From the NCBI GenBank assembly GCA_963662275.1, contig OY759316.1:1-64000 (forward strand): DNA of 64,000 nucleotides. Direction: 5' to 3'. Within the stretch, counting starts at the first letter, position 1. Each line of letters begins with the position of its first letter. Below, in pieces: positions 50,015 to 60,026 of this stretch. The stretch comes from Candidatus Cloacimonadales bacterium (GTDB lineage Bacteria > Cloacimonadota > Cloacimonadia > Cloacimonadales > DAONDQ01). A program made the translations under genes and the position numbers. The notes below the pieces were generated by a model, which was not told the origin of the DNA, did not search any database, and worked only from the letters and a program-made list of their open reading frames with translations.

Positions 50015-50910
50015 CCAAAAAACGACTGATCTTTGTTCTGAAAATTATCATCTCTATCGTGATACTATACCTGATTTTCCGTAAAATAGACATACAGGAA
50101 GTATTTACCAATTTTATGAAGTTCAGTTTGTTCACTTTGTTCATACTGGTACTAACCACAGGTATCAAATTATATCTGCAGTATCGGAATTGGAAGATGA
50201 TGCTGCATATGAATCCCGGCTTCAAGTCAAGAAAAAGGCAAATATTCAAATCTTATCTTATCGGTCTTGCCTTGGGTTTTCTTATACCCGGTGGACATGC
50301 CAGTTTCGGAAAGGTCTTCTTCATCGAAAACACGAGTAAGAGACGAACATTTATTTCTATTTTGACGGAAAAGTTCTTCATTACTTGGACGAATTGGTTC
50401 TTTGCAATTTGGGCTACCTTTTTCTATTTCTATAATGTCTCATTGGGATTGAAGATAACAGGCGCTTTCCTGATTACTTTTCTGCCGATGTTCATATATT
50501 TTGGAATGTTACTGAAGCCAACCCTGGAGCCTCTTCGCCAGGAATTCAGGAAAGTAGCCCCGCTTGTTATGTTGAACCAGATAATAACGGTCTTTTTCAC
50601 TTTTGTACAATACTGGATTATTTTGTTAACTTTCTACCCGATTCGGTTTGATGAAGTAGCGATTTCTACTTCTCTCATCCTTTTTTCTAATACCATACCG
50701 ATTACCTTCTCCGGTTTGGGGTTAAGAGAAACGTTTGCTGTCTTCATTCTGCAAAGGTATCATATCAAAGCTGAGTATGCGGTAACCGCTTCATTGACGA
50801 TCTTCTTCATGACTTGTGTCTTGCCGGCATTGGTTGGTTTGTTTCTTATGCTGCAAGAAAAAAAGAAGCATCCAGGGGATGCTTCTTTCAAACAAATGCT
50901 TTCTGATTAA
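50002..50910 (+). CDS. Flippase-like lysylphosphatidylglycerol-synthase TM domain protein
   Basis: Multi-TM, IPITFSGLGLRE motif. Confidence 0.8.
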   Translation: MESVTKKRLIFVLKIIISIVILYLIFRKIDIQEVFTNFMKFSLFTLFILVLTTGIKLYLQYRNWKMMLHMNPGFKSRKRQIFKSYLIGLALGFLIPGGHASFGKVFFIENTSKRRTFISILTEKFFITWTNWFFAIWATFFYFYNVSLGLKITGAFLITFLPMFIYFGMLLKPTLEPLRQEFRKVAPLVMLNQIITVFFTFVQYWIILLTFYPIRFDEVAISTSLILFSNTIPITFSGLGLRETFAVFILQRYHIKAEYAVTASLTIFFMTCVLPALVGLFLMLQEKKKHPGDASFKQMLSD

Positions 50911-50911
50911 C

Positions 50912-53389
50912 TCAGATTACAATATTGACCAGTTTATTCGGAACAATGAATATCTTGCGGATTTCATGTCCTTCAAGCAGCTTTTGAACATTTTCACTTG
51001 TTAATGCCATATTCTCTAATTCCTCATCCGAGATATCCGGGGAAACATTCAATTTACTTCGAATTTTACCATTAATTTGTACAACGTATGTAATGGAATC
51101 CTTCACAAGATATTCTTCCCGGTAACCTGGAACACCGGATTCATGCACAAGGTTCGTATTACCCAGGATTGACCATAACTCCTCTGCAAGATGAGGAGCA
51201 AAAATATATAGCAGCCTGGGAATAACAAAGCATGCTTCCGCATATACAGCTTTTTCTGTATCATTCAGCAAATCAGGTTCCTTGATATCCGTCACATGGT
51301 TCAGATGCTCCATAATGGCAGCTATGGCGGTGTTGAATTGCATCCTGGTCTCAATGTCCTCAATCCATTTTTTGATCATGAAATGAGTGCTATAACGCAA
51401 ATTACGTATTTCCTTGCGCATCTCACCATGTTCAGCCAAAGGTTTGTAGTGTTTCCGAATCAAATCCTGTTGAGTATCTATCAATCGCCAAATACGATTC
51501 AAAAAACGGAAGGAACCAACAACACCGTCATCACTCCACTCCACATCCTTTTCAGGAGGAGAGGCGAAGAGCATGAAAACACGGGCAGTATCTGAACCAA
51601 AGCGATCCAGATAACTCTGGGGATCAACAGCATTTCCCTTTGATTTGGACATCTTAGCACCATCTTTCGTGACCATGCCTTGAGTCAATAGACGGGCAAA
51701 GGGTTCATTGGATTTAACCAATCCAATATCCCGCATAAACTTATGAAAGAATCGGGCATATAACAAATGCATACAGGCATGTTCAATTCCGCCGATGTAT
51801 TGATCAACAGGCAGCCAGTAATTACTTTTATCCGCATCGAAAGGCAGTTTGTCGTTCTTCGGATCAGTATATCGGGCATAATACCAGGAACTATCAACGA
51901 AGGTATCCATGGTATCTGTTTCACGACGCGAAGGAGCACCGCATTTCGGACAAGGAACATTGAACCATTCTGGTACTGAAAGCAATGGATTCTGAGTCGT
52001 CTTACCTACCTGGACATTATCAGGCAGCAATACAGGCAAGTCTTCATCTGGAACAAGCACAATACCGCAGTGTTTACAATAGATCACGGGGATAGGATTC
52101 CCCCAATACCGTTGACGGGATACACCCCAATCACGCAAGCGATAGGTGATAGTGCCTTTTCCCATATCACTTTCCTGGAGCCATTGGGTAATTTCACCTT
52201 TTGCTAGTGTGCTGGGCTGCTGGTTGAATTGAGCAGAATTTACCATATAACCAGGTTCGGTATAGGCATATTTCATCAGTTCCAGGACTAAATCCTTATC
52301 TTCATTCTGAATGACAATCTTCATAGGGATATTGTATTTCAAAGCAAATTCGAAATCTCTCTGGTCATGAGCAGGAACAGCCATGACAGCACCTGTACCA
52401 TAATCCATTAAAACATAATTCGTTATCCATATTTGGACTTTATCCCCATTCACAGGATTGATACAATAATGCCCTGAGAAAATACCTTCTTTAGTAGTAT
52501 CATCAGCAGTTCGATCAATCTTATCTTCATTAATGACCTTATCACAGAATTCATGAAGTTTTTTATTCTCCGGTTCGGCTTCCAACCAGCCCCTTACAAG
52601 TGGATGTTCAGGTGGCAATGCCATGAATGTGACACCAAATATGGTATCCGGACGTGTGGTAAAGACTTTTATGATTTCATCTGTCTCTTCCATTTTAAAG
52701 AATATCTTTGTGCCATAGCTTTTTCCGATCCAGTGTTCCTGCATTAGTTTCACACGTTCAGGCCAATCAATCACATAAGAGAAATCAAGTAATTCTTCAG
52801 CATATTTGGTGATCCGGAAAAACCACTGTTCAAGTTCTTTCTGACGTACAATTTTACCACAACGCCAACAATTGCCGTCTTCCACCTGTTCATTTGCCAG
52901 AACTGTCTGGCATTCATCACACCAGTTCACAAAGGAGATTTTCTTATATGCCAGTCCATTTTCATAGAGCTTTTTGAATAGCCATTGTCCCCACTTGTAA
53001 TAGTCAGGTTTACAGGTAGTAGCATCCCTGTCCCAGTCAATTCCAAAACCGAAATCTTCAAACTGCTTTCGCATTATTTTGATGTTGCTTTCAGTAGTAA
53101 GGCGCGGATGTGAATTATGCTGAATCGCAAAGTTCTCTGCCGGCATTCCGAAAGCATCATATCCCATAGGCTGTAAAACATTATAGCCTTGCATTAATTT
53201 GAACCTGGTGATGGCATCACCGATGGAATAGTTGGAGACATGCCCCATATGTAAGGCACCTGAAGGGTATGGAAACATGGATAATATATAATATTTGGGT
53301 TTATTACTGAAATCCTGAGCGCTGAAAATACGCTTTTCATTCCATATCTGCTGCCATTTCTTTTCGATGACTTCGAAGGGGTATTCCAT
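50912..53389 (-). CDS. leuS: Leucine--tRNA ligase
   Basis: MFPYPSG, HMGH, TTRPDT, SRQRYWG, GGIEHA, KMSKS. Confidence 0.97.
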   Translation of the reverse strand: MEYPFEVIEKKWQQIWNEKRIFSAQDFSNKPKYYILSMFPYPSGALHMGHVSNYSIGDAITRFKLMQGYNVLQPMGYDAFGMPAENFAIQHNSHPRLTTESNIKIMRKQFEDFGFGIDWDRDATTCKPDYYKWGQWLFKKLYENGLAYKKISFVNWCDECQTVLANEQVEDGNCWRCGKIVRQKELEQWFFRITKYAEELLDFSYVIDWPERVKLMQEHWIGKSYGTKIFFKMEETDEIIKVFTTRPDTIFGVTFMALPPEHPLVRGWLEAEPENKKLHEFCDKVINEDKIDRTADDTTKEGIFSGHYCINPVNGDKVQIWITNYVLMDYGTGAVMAVPAHDQRDFEFALKYNIPMKIVIQNEDKDLVLELMKYAYTEPGYMVNSAQFNQQPSTLAKGEITQWLQESDMGKGTITYRLRDWGVSRQRYWGNPIPVIYCKHCGIVLVPDEDLPVLLPDNVQVGKTTQNPLLSVPEWFNVPCPKCGAPSRRETDTMDTFVDSSWYYARYTDPKNDKLPFDADKSNYWLPVDQYIGGIEHACMHLLYARFFHKFMRDIGLVKSNEPFARLLTQGMVTKDGAKMSKSKGNAVDPQSYLDRFGSDTARVFMLFASPPEKDVEWSDDGVVGSFRFLNRIWRLIDTQQDLIRKHYKPLAEHGEMRKEIRNLRYSTHFMIKKWIEDIETRMQFNTAIAAIMEHLNHVTDIKEPDLLNDTEKAVYAEACFVIPRLLYIFAPHLAEELWSILGNTNLVHESGVPGYREEYLVKDSITYVVQINGKIRSKLNVSPDISDEELENMALTSENVQKLLEGHEIRKIFIVPNKLVNIVI

Positions 53390-53471
53390 TTGATCCTCCT
53401 GACTTTTTCATAAGAATGAAATCAAAATGTGAGGGGATTTGAAGTCAAGAAGAAAGAATGTTGACCCCATT

Positions 53472-54119
53472 TTATGGTTCGAATGTGACTCCAGCCTCTT
53501 GGGATTGATGATTCTGAAAATAAGTTGTATAGTAGTAAGTTGTGTAAACTGTCCAATCATTGTCATATACCCAATATTCTGTGGCATTACCGGGTAAAAC
53601 ACCTAACCTGACATTATTATGTGCGTAATTAATATCTTTTTTCACTACGATACTGTCTGCCCAAGGTGCTTGGTTAATCCAATACATACGTATCCAGTGT
53701 GGATTTGAATAATACTGCCAATCCATATTATAGACACACGGGAGATCGAAGTTATACTGAAGCTGTGTTTTCACAGATTCAGCATGTCCTTTGAAGGCGT
53801 AGACATGATAGTAATAAATCTTTCCAAGATCAGCGGTTGTATCAACTACAGTATGAATATTCGGACCAACAACTTGTATACTGTAATGCCATTCTCCATC
53901 CCATATCTTTCGATCGATACGGAAACCTTCTTCGTCAGAGAAGTTCTCATACCAGGAAAGACGTATGGAAGTGGGACTTAGTACTTGGAATCGAACACTA
54001 TCCACAATCCCGCTTGTATAAGAGGTTGTGCTATTGTTATCATCATCCTTATTGAACAAGTTGCACCCGCTCATTATCAATACAAATATAAACAAAAACG
54101 GAAGTAGTAATTTCTGCAT
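53472..54119 (-). CDS. Lipoprotein with Fn3-like domains
   Basis: Lipobox MSGC; LSW..EEGFRIDRK, YYYHVYA. Confidence 0.75.
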   Translation of the reverse strand: MQKLLLPFLFIFVLIMSGCNLFNKDDDNNSTTSYTSGIVDSVRFQVLSPTSIRLSWYENFSDEEGFRIDRKIWDGEWHYSIQVVGPNIHTVVDTTADLGKIYYYHVYAFKGHAESVKTQLQYNFDLPCVYNMDWQYYSNPHWIRMYWINQAPWADSIVVKKDINYAHNNVRLGVLPGNATEYWVYDNDWTVYTTYYYTTYFQNHQSQEAGVTFEP

Positions 54120-54218
54120 GATTCTTACCTCTTTTCATATTTTATTGTCAGTATATTTATTGTAATAAGCTTCTGGAAGGTCAAGAAATATTTGTAAACA
54201 CAATGTTTCGACTCATCG

Positions 54219-56079
54219 GAGACTGTTCAAAATTAACCTCCATTTTATGCAGCCTTATTGGTACTGACAGAGAAAAAGTGGTCTAAGTGCGACCAGTCCA
54301 CATTTTCTTGACATATCCGAGAGATATTTAAACTGGCTAAAAGCGATTCCTGACGCAGGATTGGTTGTCCTTTATCGACCAGTTCTTTGAACCAAAGCGA
54401 AAACACAAGGTTGCGAGTGGTTTCTTCAGATTTTAGACCAAATCTGCCGGATGTCACTTTCTTGATTTTGCGGTTCCAGCGTTCAGAGACATTGGAAGTC
54501 AAACCTTTGCTGAGGTGTCTCCAATCACTAATGATATTGCTTTTGATGTATTCGGCGGCGGTTGGGGGAGTAATAGCTGTCAGGCTTGAGATACCCTTTT
54601 TCCTTCCGCCCGCCGTTTCTCTTCGGAAAGCTTTCATAATCCTCTTCTTAAAGAACTTGTCTCCCTCTTCAGGGAGATGACATTGACTGATTCTTTTGAA
54701 GAGGTTTCGTATTTTATGGAATTTGCAGAGCTGATAATGGACTTTGGGAAACACGGTTTTTCTGGCAGCCGCTAATGCTTTACTGCCATCACTGACAACC
54801 AGGATAGGATCTTTTCTATAGAGCTGTCTGAAGGTTCTGAAACATGCTTCGAATGATTCTTTCTTTGTGTCAGGATACAACTCACAAAATAGAGGGATGT
54901 GAGTCACAAAATCCACAATACTGATGACATAGTACGGAATACCTTTGATCTTCACATATTTCTCATCAATGCTGATCTTTCCGCTCCACTTACCGATTGA
55001 GTTCAGAATCAGGCTCTGCAAATCACCGATTTCATGCCAGAGATTTGAGACTGTAGCTTTACAGGTGTTGAGCAGCAAAGCTATTGTCTCGAAGTTCATA
55101 CCGCTTCCAACCAGGTAATGCACAAGCAGACACAGGTTCTTGCGTTCCAGACTATGGAATGGCTTTGAATCGGCTATTCTATGCGATGCATTGCCTTTAG
55201 CAGTCTTCATTTGTTCCAGGAGTCTGTCACAGATAACAGGTGTATTTTGCTGACCGGCAAGCAGTTTCAGTAGATGTACAGCATCACTGCCTACTGTCTT
55301 TTTCAGAAGAAGCTTCTGAGCTTGCTTAACCACAGACAGGACATTGATCTGAGAAGCATATTTGCAGAAAGTGGCATACGACATTTGAAAATCATGATGG
55401 CTGATGAACTCCTGATACATTACATTTAAAGGTAAAAGCAGGTTATCGATAACAAAACTCTCGATCTGAGGAATACACTCCAGCAGGTCAACTTTCCGGC
55501 TCAGATACGCCAGAATATCTTTGCCATGTTGCTCAAACTCCTGCCAGAAATTATGCACATTCCTGCGGTCTGCATAGTTAAACAGATTAGCTATTTGCTG
55601 AAATGTGAGAAGATTGCCTCCGTTTATTCCTGTTATTAAGCGGAGGAATACCATTAAAAACTTGTGGTTGGATGTCGTTTCAGGCAAACAAAATGAACAT
55701 GGTACGTTAATACTTACATGGTATTGGTTACTTTCATGACTGACACTTACAGCTTCTTGAATTGGAGTGTTTTTTTGTCATAATATCCTCCCTTTTGTTA
55801 CCAGGTAACAAATGCCATTGAAGCTATAGCAATAAACTTGTAAAGAACTATTTTATATACTTTTAGATACACTTATAGTCAATAGTGGAGTCGAAAAATT
55901 ACTTACTATCGCTTATCTTTTGCTTTTAATCAAAAAGCTTAGCTTGAGAGTTTGGGTTATAGGAGATGCCGATATGTCAATTCTGGAAGTGATATCAAAT
56001 TATGATCGTTTCGACCACTTTTCGCAACTTGATACTTCCTAACTTATTGTATATTATGAATAAATGCCTGAACAGTCTC
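54219..56079 (-). mobile_element. Insertion sequence, IS256/Mutator-like, copy 2 (1861 bp)
   Basis: Same IRs as copy 1; 8-bp direct repeat ACTCATCG at 54211-54218 and 56080-56087; identical protein. Confidence 0.95.
54245..55687 (-). CDS. DDE transposase, identical to 478-1920
   Basis: Identical translation in the ORF track. Confidence 0.9.
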   Translation of the reverse strand: MPETTSNHKFLMVFLRLITGINGGNLLTFQQIANLFNYADRRNVHNFWQEFEQHGKDILAYLSRKVDLLECIPQIESFVIDNLLLPLNVMYQEFISHHDFQMSYATFCKYASQINVLSVVKQAQKLLLKKTVGSDAVHLLKLLAGQQNTPVICDRLLEQMKTAKGNASHRIADSKPFHSLERKNLCLLVHYLVGSGMNFETIALLLNTCKATVSNLWHEIGDLQSLILNSIGKWSGKISIDEKYVKIKGIPYYVISIVDFVTHIPLFCELYPDTKKESFEACFRTFRQLYRKDPILVVSDGSKALAAARKTVFPKVHYQLCKFHKIRNLFKRISQCHLPEEGDKFFKKRIMKAFRRETAGGRKKGISSLTAITPPTAAEYIKSNIISDWRHLSKGLTSNVSERWNRKIKKVTSGRFGLKSEETTRNLVFSLWFKELVDKGQPILRQESLLASLNISRICQENVDWSHLDHFFSVSTNKAA

Positions 56080-56317
56080 ACTCATCGAGATAAAATATAG
56101 TATACATAATGCATCAAATCAACCCATTTCAATGGTAAAAATCTAACAGTAGGGGCTAACGTCCCGGCAGCCTTATATCACGCCCGGAGGTCGTGAACTA
56201 CGGCAGTTGATCCAACGACTGAAGTTGTTGCTATGGAATACCCGTGGGTCTATCCCAAGCCTGAAGGATGAGCTACCGAAAAGCAACGCTATTTTCAAAT
56301 AGGATTTGATCTGAAAC

Positions 56318-57400
56318 CTAGTCTCTTGTCTCCAGCTTCTTCTTTTCTAGCCATTCCTTATTAGCCCAGAGTGCACATCCGCCATCCGTTTCCTTTAACA
56401 GTTTATGATCTTGGCGAATGGCTGCCAATAAGGGGGAAGAAAGGGCATCTCTCAAGGAAGTATTTCTCAAATCCCGGTCCGAAAAGGGAGCAAACGGACA
56501 TGGCTCAACTTTGCCTTCCGGATTGATATGCAGAAATCCACGACCCGCTGCCAGGCATCCATCATATTGATCTTCATCACCGGGGAAAGCGACGAACATA
56601 GCAGGCTGATCTTTCATCATTTGATCTACTATCGGCTGAACACTTTTCTTTTGAGATTCCGTAAGAACCATCTCATTGCATTCTGCTTCGATGGGAACAT
56701 ATTCCACGTAAAAGAACAGACGACAGCCTTTATCCATCAATATTTTCGTGTATCCTTGTGAAGTGAGTATTTCGAAATTCCTGCTTGTTAAAGTGAGTGA
56801 AGTTCCCCACAGGATACGGTTTTCATTCAGGGAATCCTTAATTGTACGGAAGTTTTCATAAACACCATCACCACGGCGTTCATTGGTTTCATCTTCACGA
56901 CCTTCCAAGCTAATGACGGGGATAAGATTCGGATGCTTTTTAAAAAAGGCAATATATTCATTATCTATCAGTAAACCATTGGTGAAGATGGGGAACATGA
57001 TATCAGGAAACTTAGCCGCCATTTCCAGCATATCTTTTTGAACAAGAGGTTCTCCACCCGCCAGCAGGATTATGGAGACTCCCAATGATCTTGCTTCTGT
57101 CACGATTTCCTGAAATCGCTGCACATCCATTTCTTTTTGCGTATCACGGTGTAGATGCTTGGAATAACAGCCTGCACAGGAAAGATTGCAGATACTGGTA
57201 ATGCTGATGATTAAAAGCGGAGGAACTTCCAGACCTTCCTTTAAATATTTTTTTCTTAAGCGGGCTGCTTTTTCCTGGTTCTTCAGCATATTCATGAAGA
57301 AAAACAGTTTGGATGGGTCTTTTGTCATGATTTGCACAGCTTTTTTGAATTGCGCTGCAATATTGCTGTCAAATACGTTTCTGTAGGCGTTGGATTGCAT
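56318..57400 (-). CDS. Radical SAM protein with SPASM/twitch-type C-terminus
   Basis: CNLSCAGC, GGEP, CLAAGRG..EPCPF; start reassigned to ATG 57400 with a GGAG SD. Confidence 0.88.
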   Translation of the reverse strand: MQSNAYRNVFDSNIAAQFKKAVQIMTKDPSKLFFFMNMLKNQEKAARLRKKYLKEGLEVPPLLIISITSICNLSCAGCYSKHLHRDTQKEMDVQRFQEIVTEARSLGVSIILLAGGEPLVQKDMLEMAAKFPDIMFPIFTNGLLIDNEYIAFFKKHPNLIPVISLEGREDETNERRGDGVYENFRTIKDSLNENRILWGTSLTLTSRNFEILTSQGYTKILMDKGCRLFFYVEYVPIEAECNEMVLTESQKKSVQPIVDQMMKDQPAMFVAFPGDEDQYDGCLAAGRGFLHINPEGKVEPCPFAPFSDRDLRNTSLRDALSSPLLAAIRQDHKLLKETDGGCALWANKEWLEKKKLETRD

Positions 57401-57545
57401 TTTTACTCCATATAAGATCATATTAAGCAAAAAAAATATTATTGAGTAAGATGTCAAGCGGAGAGTAAATGGGAGATCTACTCCTGAAGCTTGGCAGAAT
57501 CAAGGTGGCGACAGTAAATTAATGTAATTAGAAACCCATCTCTCG

Positions 57546-59438
57546 GAGATGTCCCGAAACTAGCATGATTTTATTTTCTTCTGTTGTAAAATATGTGATT
57601 GTTTTTACGGGCAAACTAAATTACTCAATAGTTTCCGAAAAGCGATGCAAAGACAAGGAAAAACGGAGTAATATTTACCTAATTCATGTTTGAATTCTGG
57701 TAGGAAGAGTCTTCATCAGGCTTTTCCTTCAGTATTTTGTAAGTGCAGAAACATTTTCCCTATATTATGTCCTAAAAAGAGGAGGGATAACTGTTCCTTG
57801 CATTTTCTCAATGAACGGACAGTAAATCTCTCAAACTTCCTGTTCCACTTCATGAAAGCAAATACAGCCTCCGGTTCGATGCCTCTTTGCTTTCTCAGCT
57901 TGTCGCCTTTTTCAGAAAGCAGATTATTGACTGTCTGACGTTTTAGTGGAGCTATATGAGGATCGTAGGTCAGCAATTTATGAGTTTTATCCTTGTAGGG
58001 AATACACTTTTTATTGTGAGGACATTCTCTGCAGTCATTACATATATAGGTTTTCACGATTCGTTTCGGACCGTTCTTCTCTGTCTCTTCTTCCTTGATT
58101 TTGACCAGTCTCCGATTAAATTGACAGACCCACTCATCATGCTCCTCATCATAGCTGAAGCCTGTCAGAAGAGAGTCCCGATAATCTCTCTTATAATCCT
58201 GGGTCTTGAGATAGCTTGTTATCTCTTTTTCAGCAGCATAATTCAAATTCAGCGCAGTGCCATAGGCAGCATCTCCAACAACGTCGGTAGGATATTGTCC
58301 CAATTCATCATGCATTTGCTCCATGAGATTGGGAAATTCAACGGTTTCTTTAGGGATATTGAATAAGTGAATGCCTGTGACAAATTGCTCTGAAGTTCCG
58401 ATACTGGCAACATAACCCGGTGCCAGCTGTCCATTTTTCAATCGCATAAATGTGGCATCATTATCAGTCTTGGATGTGCTGCTGCGTCCTTCTCCAATTA
58501 TCTCAAGCTGTTGCTCATATTTCTCCAGCTTAGTTATATCATTGCTCTTTGATTTGGAGATTTCGCGCAAAAGAGATTTGATTTTCTTGATAGCCCGAGT
58601 ATCTGACGGATGATTTTTCTGTAGTCGGGACATTGCTTCTTTCAGCTTGTTTTCTGCTGAGACCAGTCTATCTCTGATCTGTTCAGATGCGACTGTAGCA
58701 GTTTTCTCTGATTCAACCGCATGCAATTGCTCACCAAGCTCAAGAAGATCAGCGGTTCCATATTGCTGTTGCTCTTCCTGATTATATTCCTCGATCTTTT
58801 TAAACAATCCCTCAACTCGTGTCTTGACCAGTTCCTGATAACGAAGCGCATTGCTTTTCCAGATGTAGGAATTCTTGCCGGCATTTGCGTGAATCGTCGT
58901 CCCGTCAACAAAACAGGTGTCGAGATCAAGATATCCTAATGATGATGCTTTCAGTACTACCTGATAAAATACATCAATAAGAATATCAGAACACTTAGTC
59001 CAGGCAAAGGTGTTGATCGTTCTGAAATCAGGTTCCTGTTCTCCTGCCAGCCAGATAAAATTGATGTTCTCCCGAACAGCCTTAGCTATCTTCCGACAGG
59101 TATAAATACCATTGATATAGGCGTATACAATGATCTTCAACATCATCTTGGGATGATAAGCAGGTGTACCTTCATCAGAGTATCTTGTATATAGCTCAGA
59201 TAAGTCCAGTTGCTCAATGATATCGTTAACATAACGAACCATATGTTTGGGGGGTATTTTTTCGCTTATATTAAGCCCGAAAAGAGTACCCTGATCCGGG
59301 TTGTGTTCTCTGAAATTCATAGTGTCTCTCTATACTTAGTTTTTAAAGGCAATAATACACCATAGAACAATATGTCAAGATATATAACTAATTATTTAAT
59401 AGTTGCTATTTTTCTATCATTTAGTTTCGGGACATCTC
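57546..59438 (-). mobile_element. IS1182-family insertion sequence
   Basis: IRs GAGATGTCCCGAAACTA (57546-57562) and TAGTTTCGGGACATCTC (59422-59438); flanking CG on both sides is either a 2-bp TSD or part of the IR. Confidence 0.88.
57716..59320 (-). CDS. IS1182-family transposase
   Basis: PAYHPKMMLK, PDFRTI, VDGT..ANA, TDNDATFMR, DAAYG, C-x2-C-x5-C cluster, IEPEAVF. Confidence 0.92.
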   Translation of the reverse strand: MNFREHNPDQGTLFGLNISEKIPPKHMVRYVNDIIEQLDLSELYTRYSDEGTPAYHPKMMLKIIVYAYINGIYTCRKIAKAVRENINFIWLAGEQEPDFRTINTFAWTKCSDILIDVFYQVVLKASSLGYLDLDTCFVDGTTIHANAGKNSYIWKSNALRYQELVKTRVEGLFKKIEEYNQEEQQQYGTADLLELGEQLHAVESEKTATVASEQIRDRLVSAENKLKEAMSRLQKNHPSDTRAIKKIKSLLREISKSKSNDITKLEKYEQQLEIIGEGRSSTSKTDNDATFMRLKNGQLAPGYVASIGTSEQFVTGIHLFNIPKETVEFPNLMEQMHDELGQYPTDVVGDAAYGTALNLNYAAEKEITSYLKTQDYKRDYRDSLLTGFSYDEEHDEWVCQFNRRLVKIKEEETEKNGPKRIVKTYICNDCRECPHNKKCIPYKDKTHKLLTYDPHIAPLKRQTVNNLLSEKGDKLRKQRGIEPEAVFAFMKWNRKFERFTVRSLRKCKEQLSLLFLGHNIGKMFLHLQNTEGKA

Positions 59439-59650
59439 CGTTCTGCCTATAAAGCTCGGGCGTTAGCCCGGCGACAAGAGTGGTAGTGACAGTCTGAGTC
59501 CATCGGGACGACACATCTGAGGGAATCAGATTTTCAAAATAAATCTGGACAATATGCATTCCAAAAATGAATATTAATAACAGATAAGGACTTCTACTAT
59601 ACAACTTAAATCCGACGAATAGCTCTGACTATTTCTTCCAAAATAATCGT

Positions 59651-59782
59651 AAGTCCAATCCAAGTCCAAACCAGTTTCAGTCCAATGTTTCGAAACAAGA
59701 ATGAAACAGGGTACGATTACTATATCAATACGGTAGAAATACGGTTTTTTACCGTAATGCTACCGTAATGCTACCGTAATGC
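59651..59782. repeat. 11-bp-period tandem and inverted repeats
   Basis: TACCGTAATGC x3 (59750-59782), ATACGGT x2 inverted, AAGTCCAA x2. Confidence 0.75.
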
Positions 59783-60026
59783 TTTTATGTTGCTTGCTGT
59801 GGATATTAGGAAAGTTGGACTACAAACTTGAATTAACCACAGAAGATTAAATTGGGGGGGAAGTACAATGGAATATTTGAATGTCCATTTGAATAACTAG
59901 AAAACAATTGTCAGCTTCTTCTTACACATTTTGTTTGACAATTCTGTGAGAGCATAAATCATGAAACAGAAGATATGCAAATATAAAAAATTAAACACAT
60001 GGAAAATGTATAGATAAGGAGTAGTT

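Noticed and set aside
86..56079. Composite transposon bounded by the two IS copies
   Set aside because: Each copy has its own distinct TSD and the interval holds essential housekeeping genes
59392..59604. 70-aa ORF upstream of the IS1182 transposase
   Set aside because: It crosses the IS end, so it is probably a chance fusion
59800..60026. Lysine riboswitch upstream of kdd
   Set aside because: AT-rich, with no recognisable conserved aptamer elements or stems
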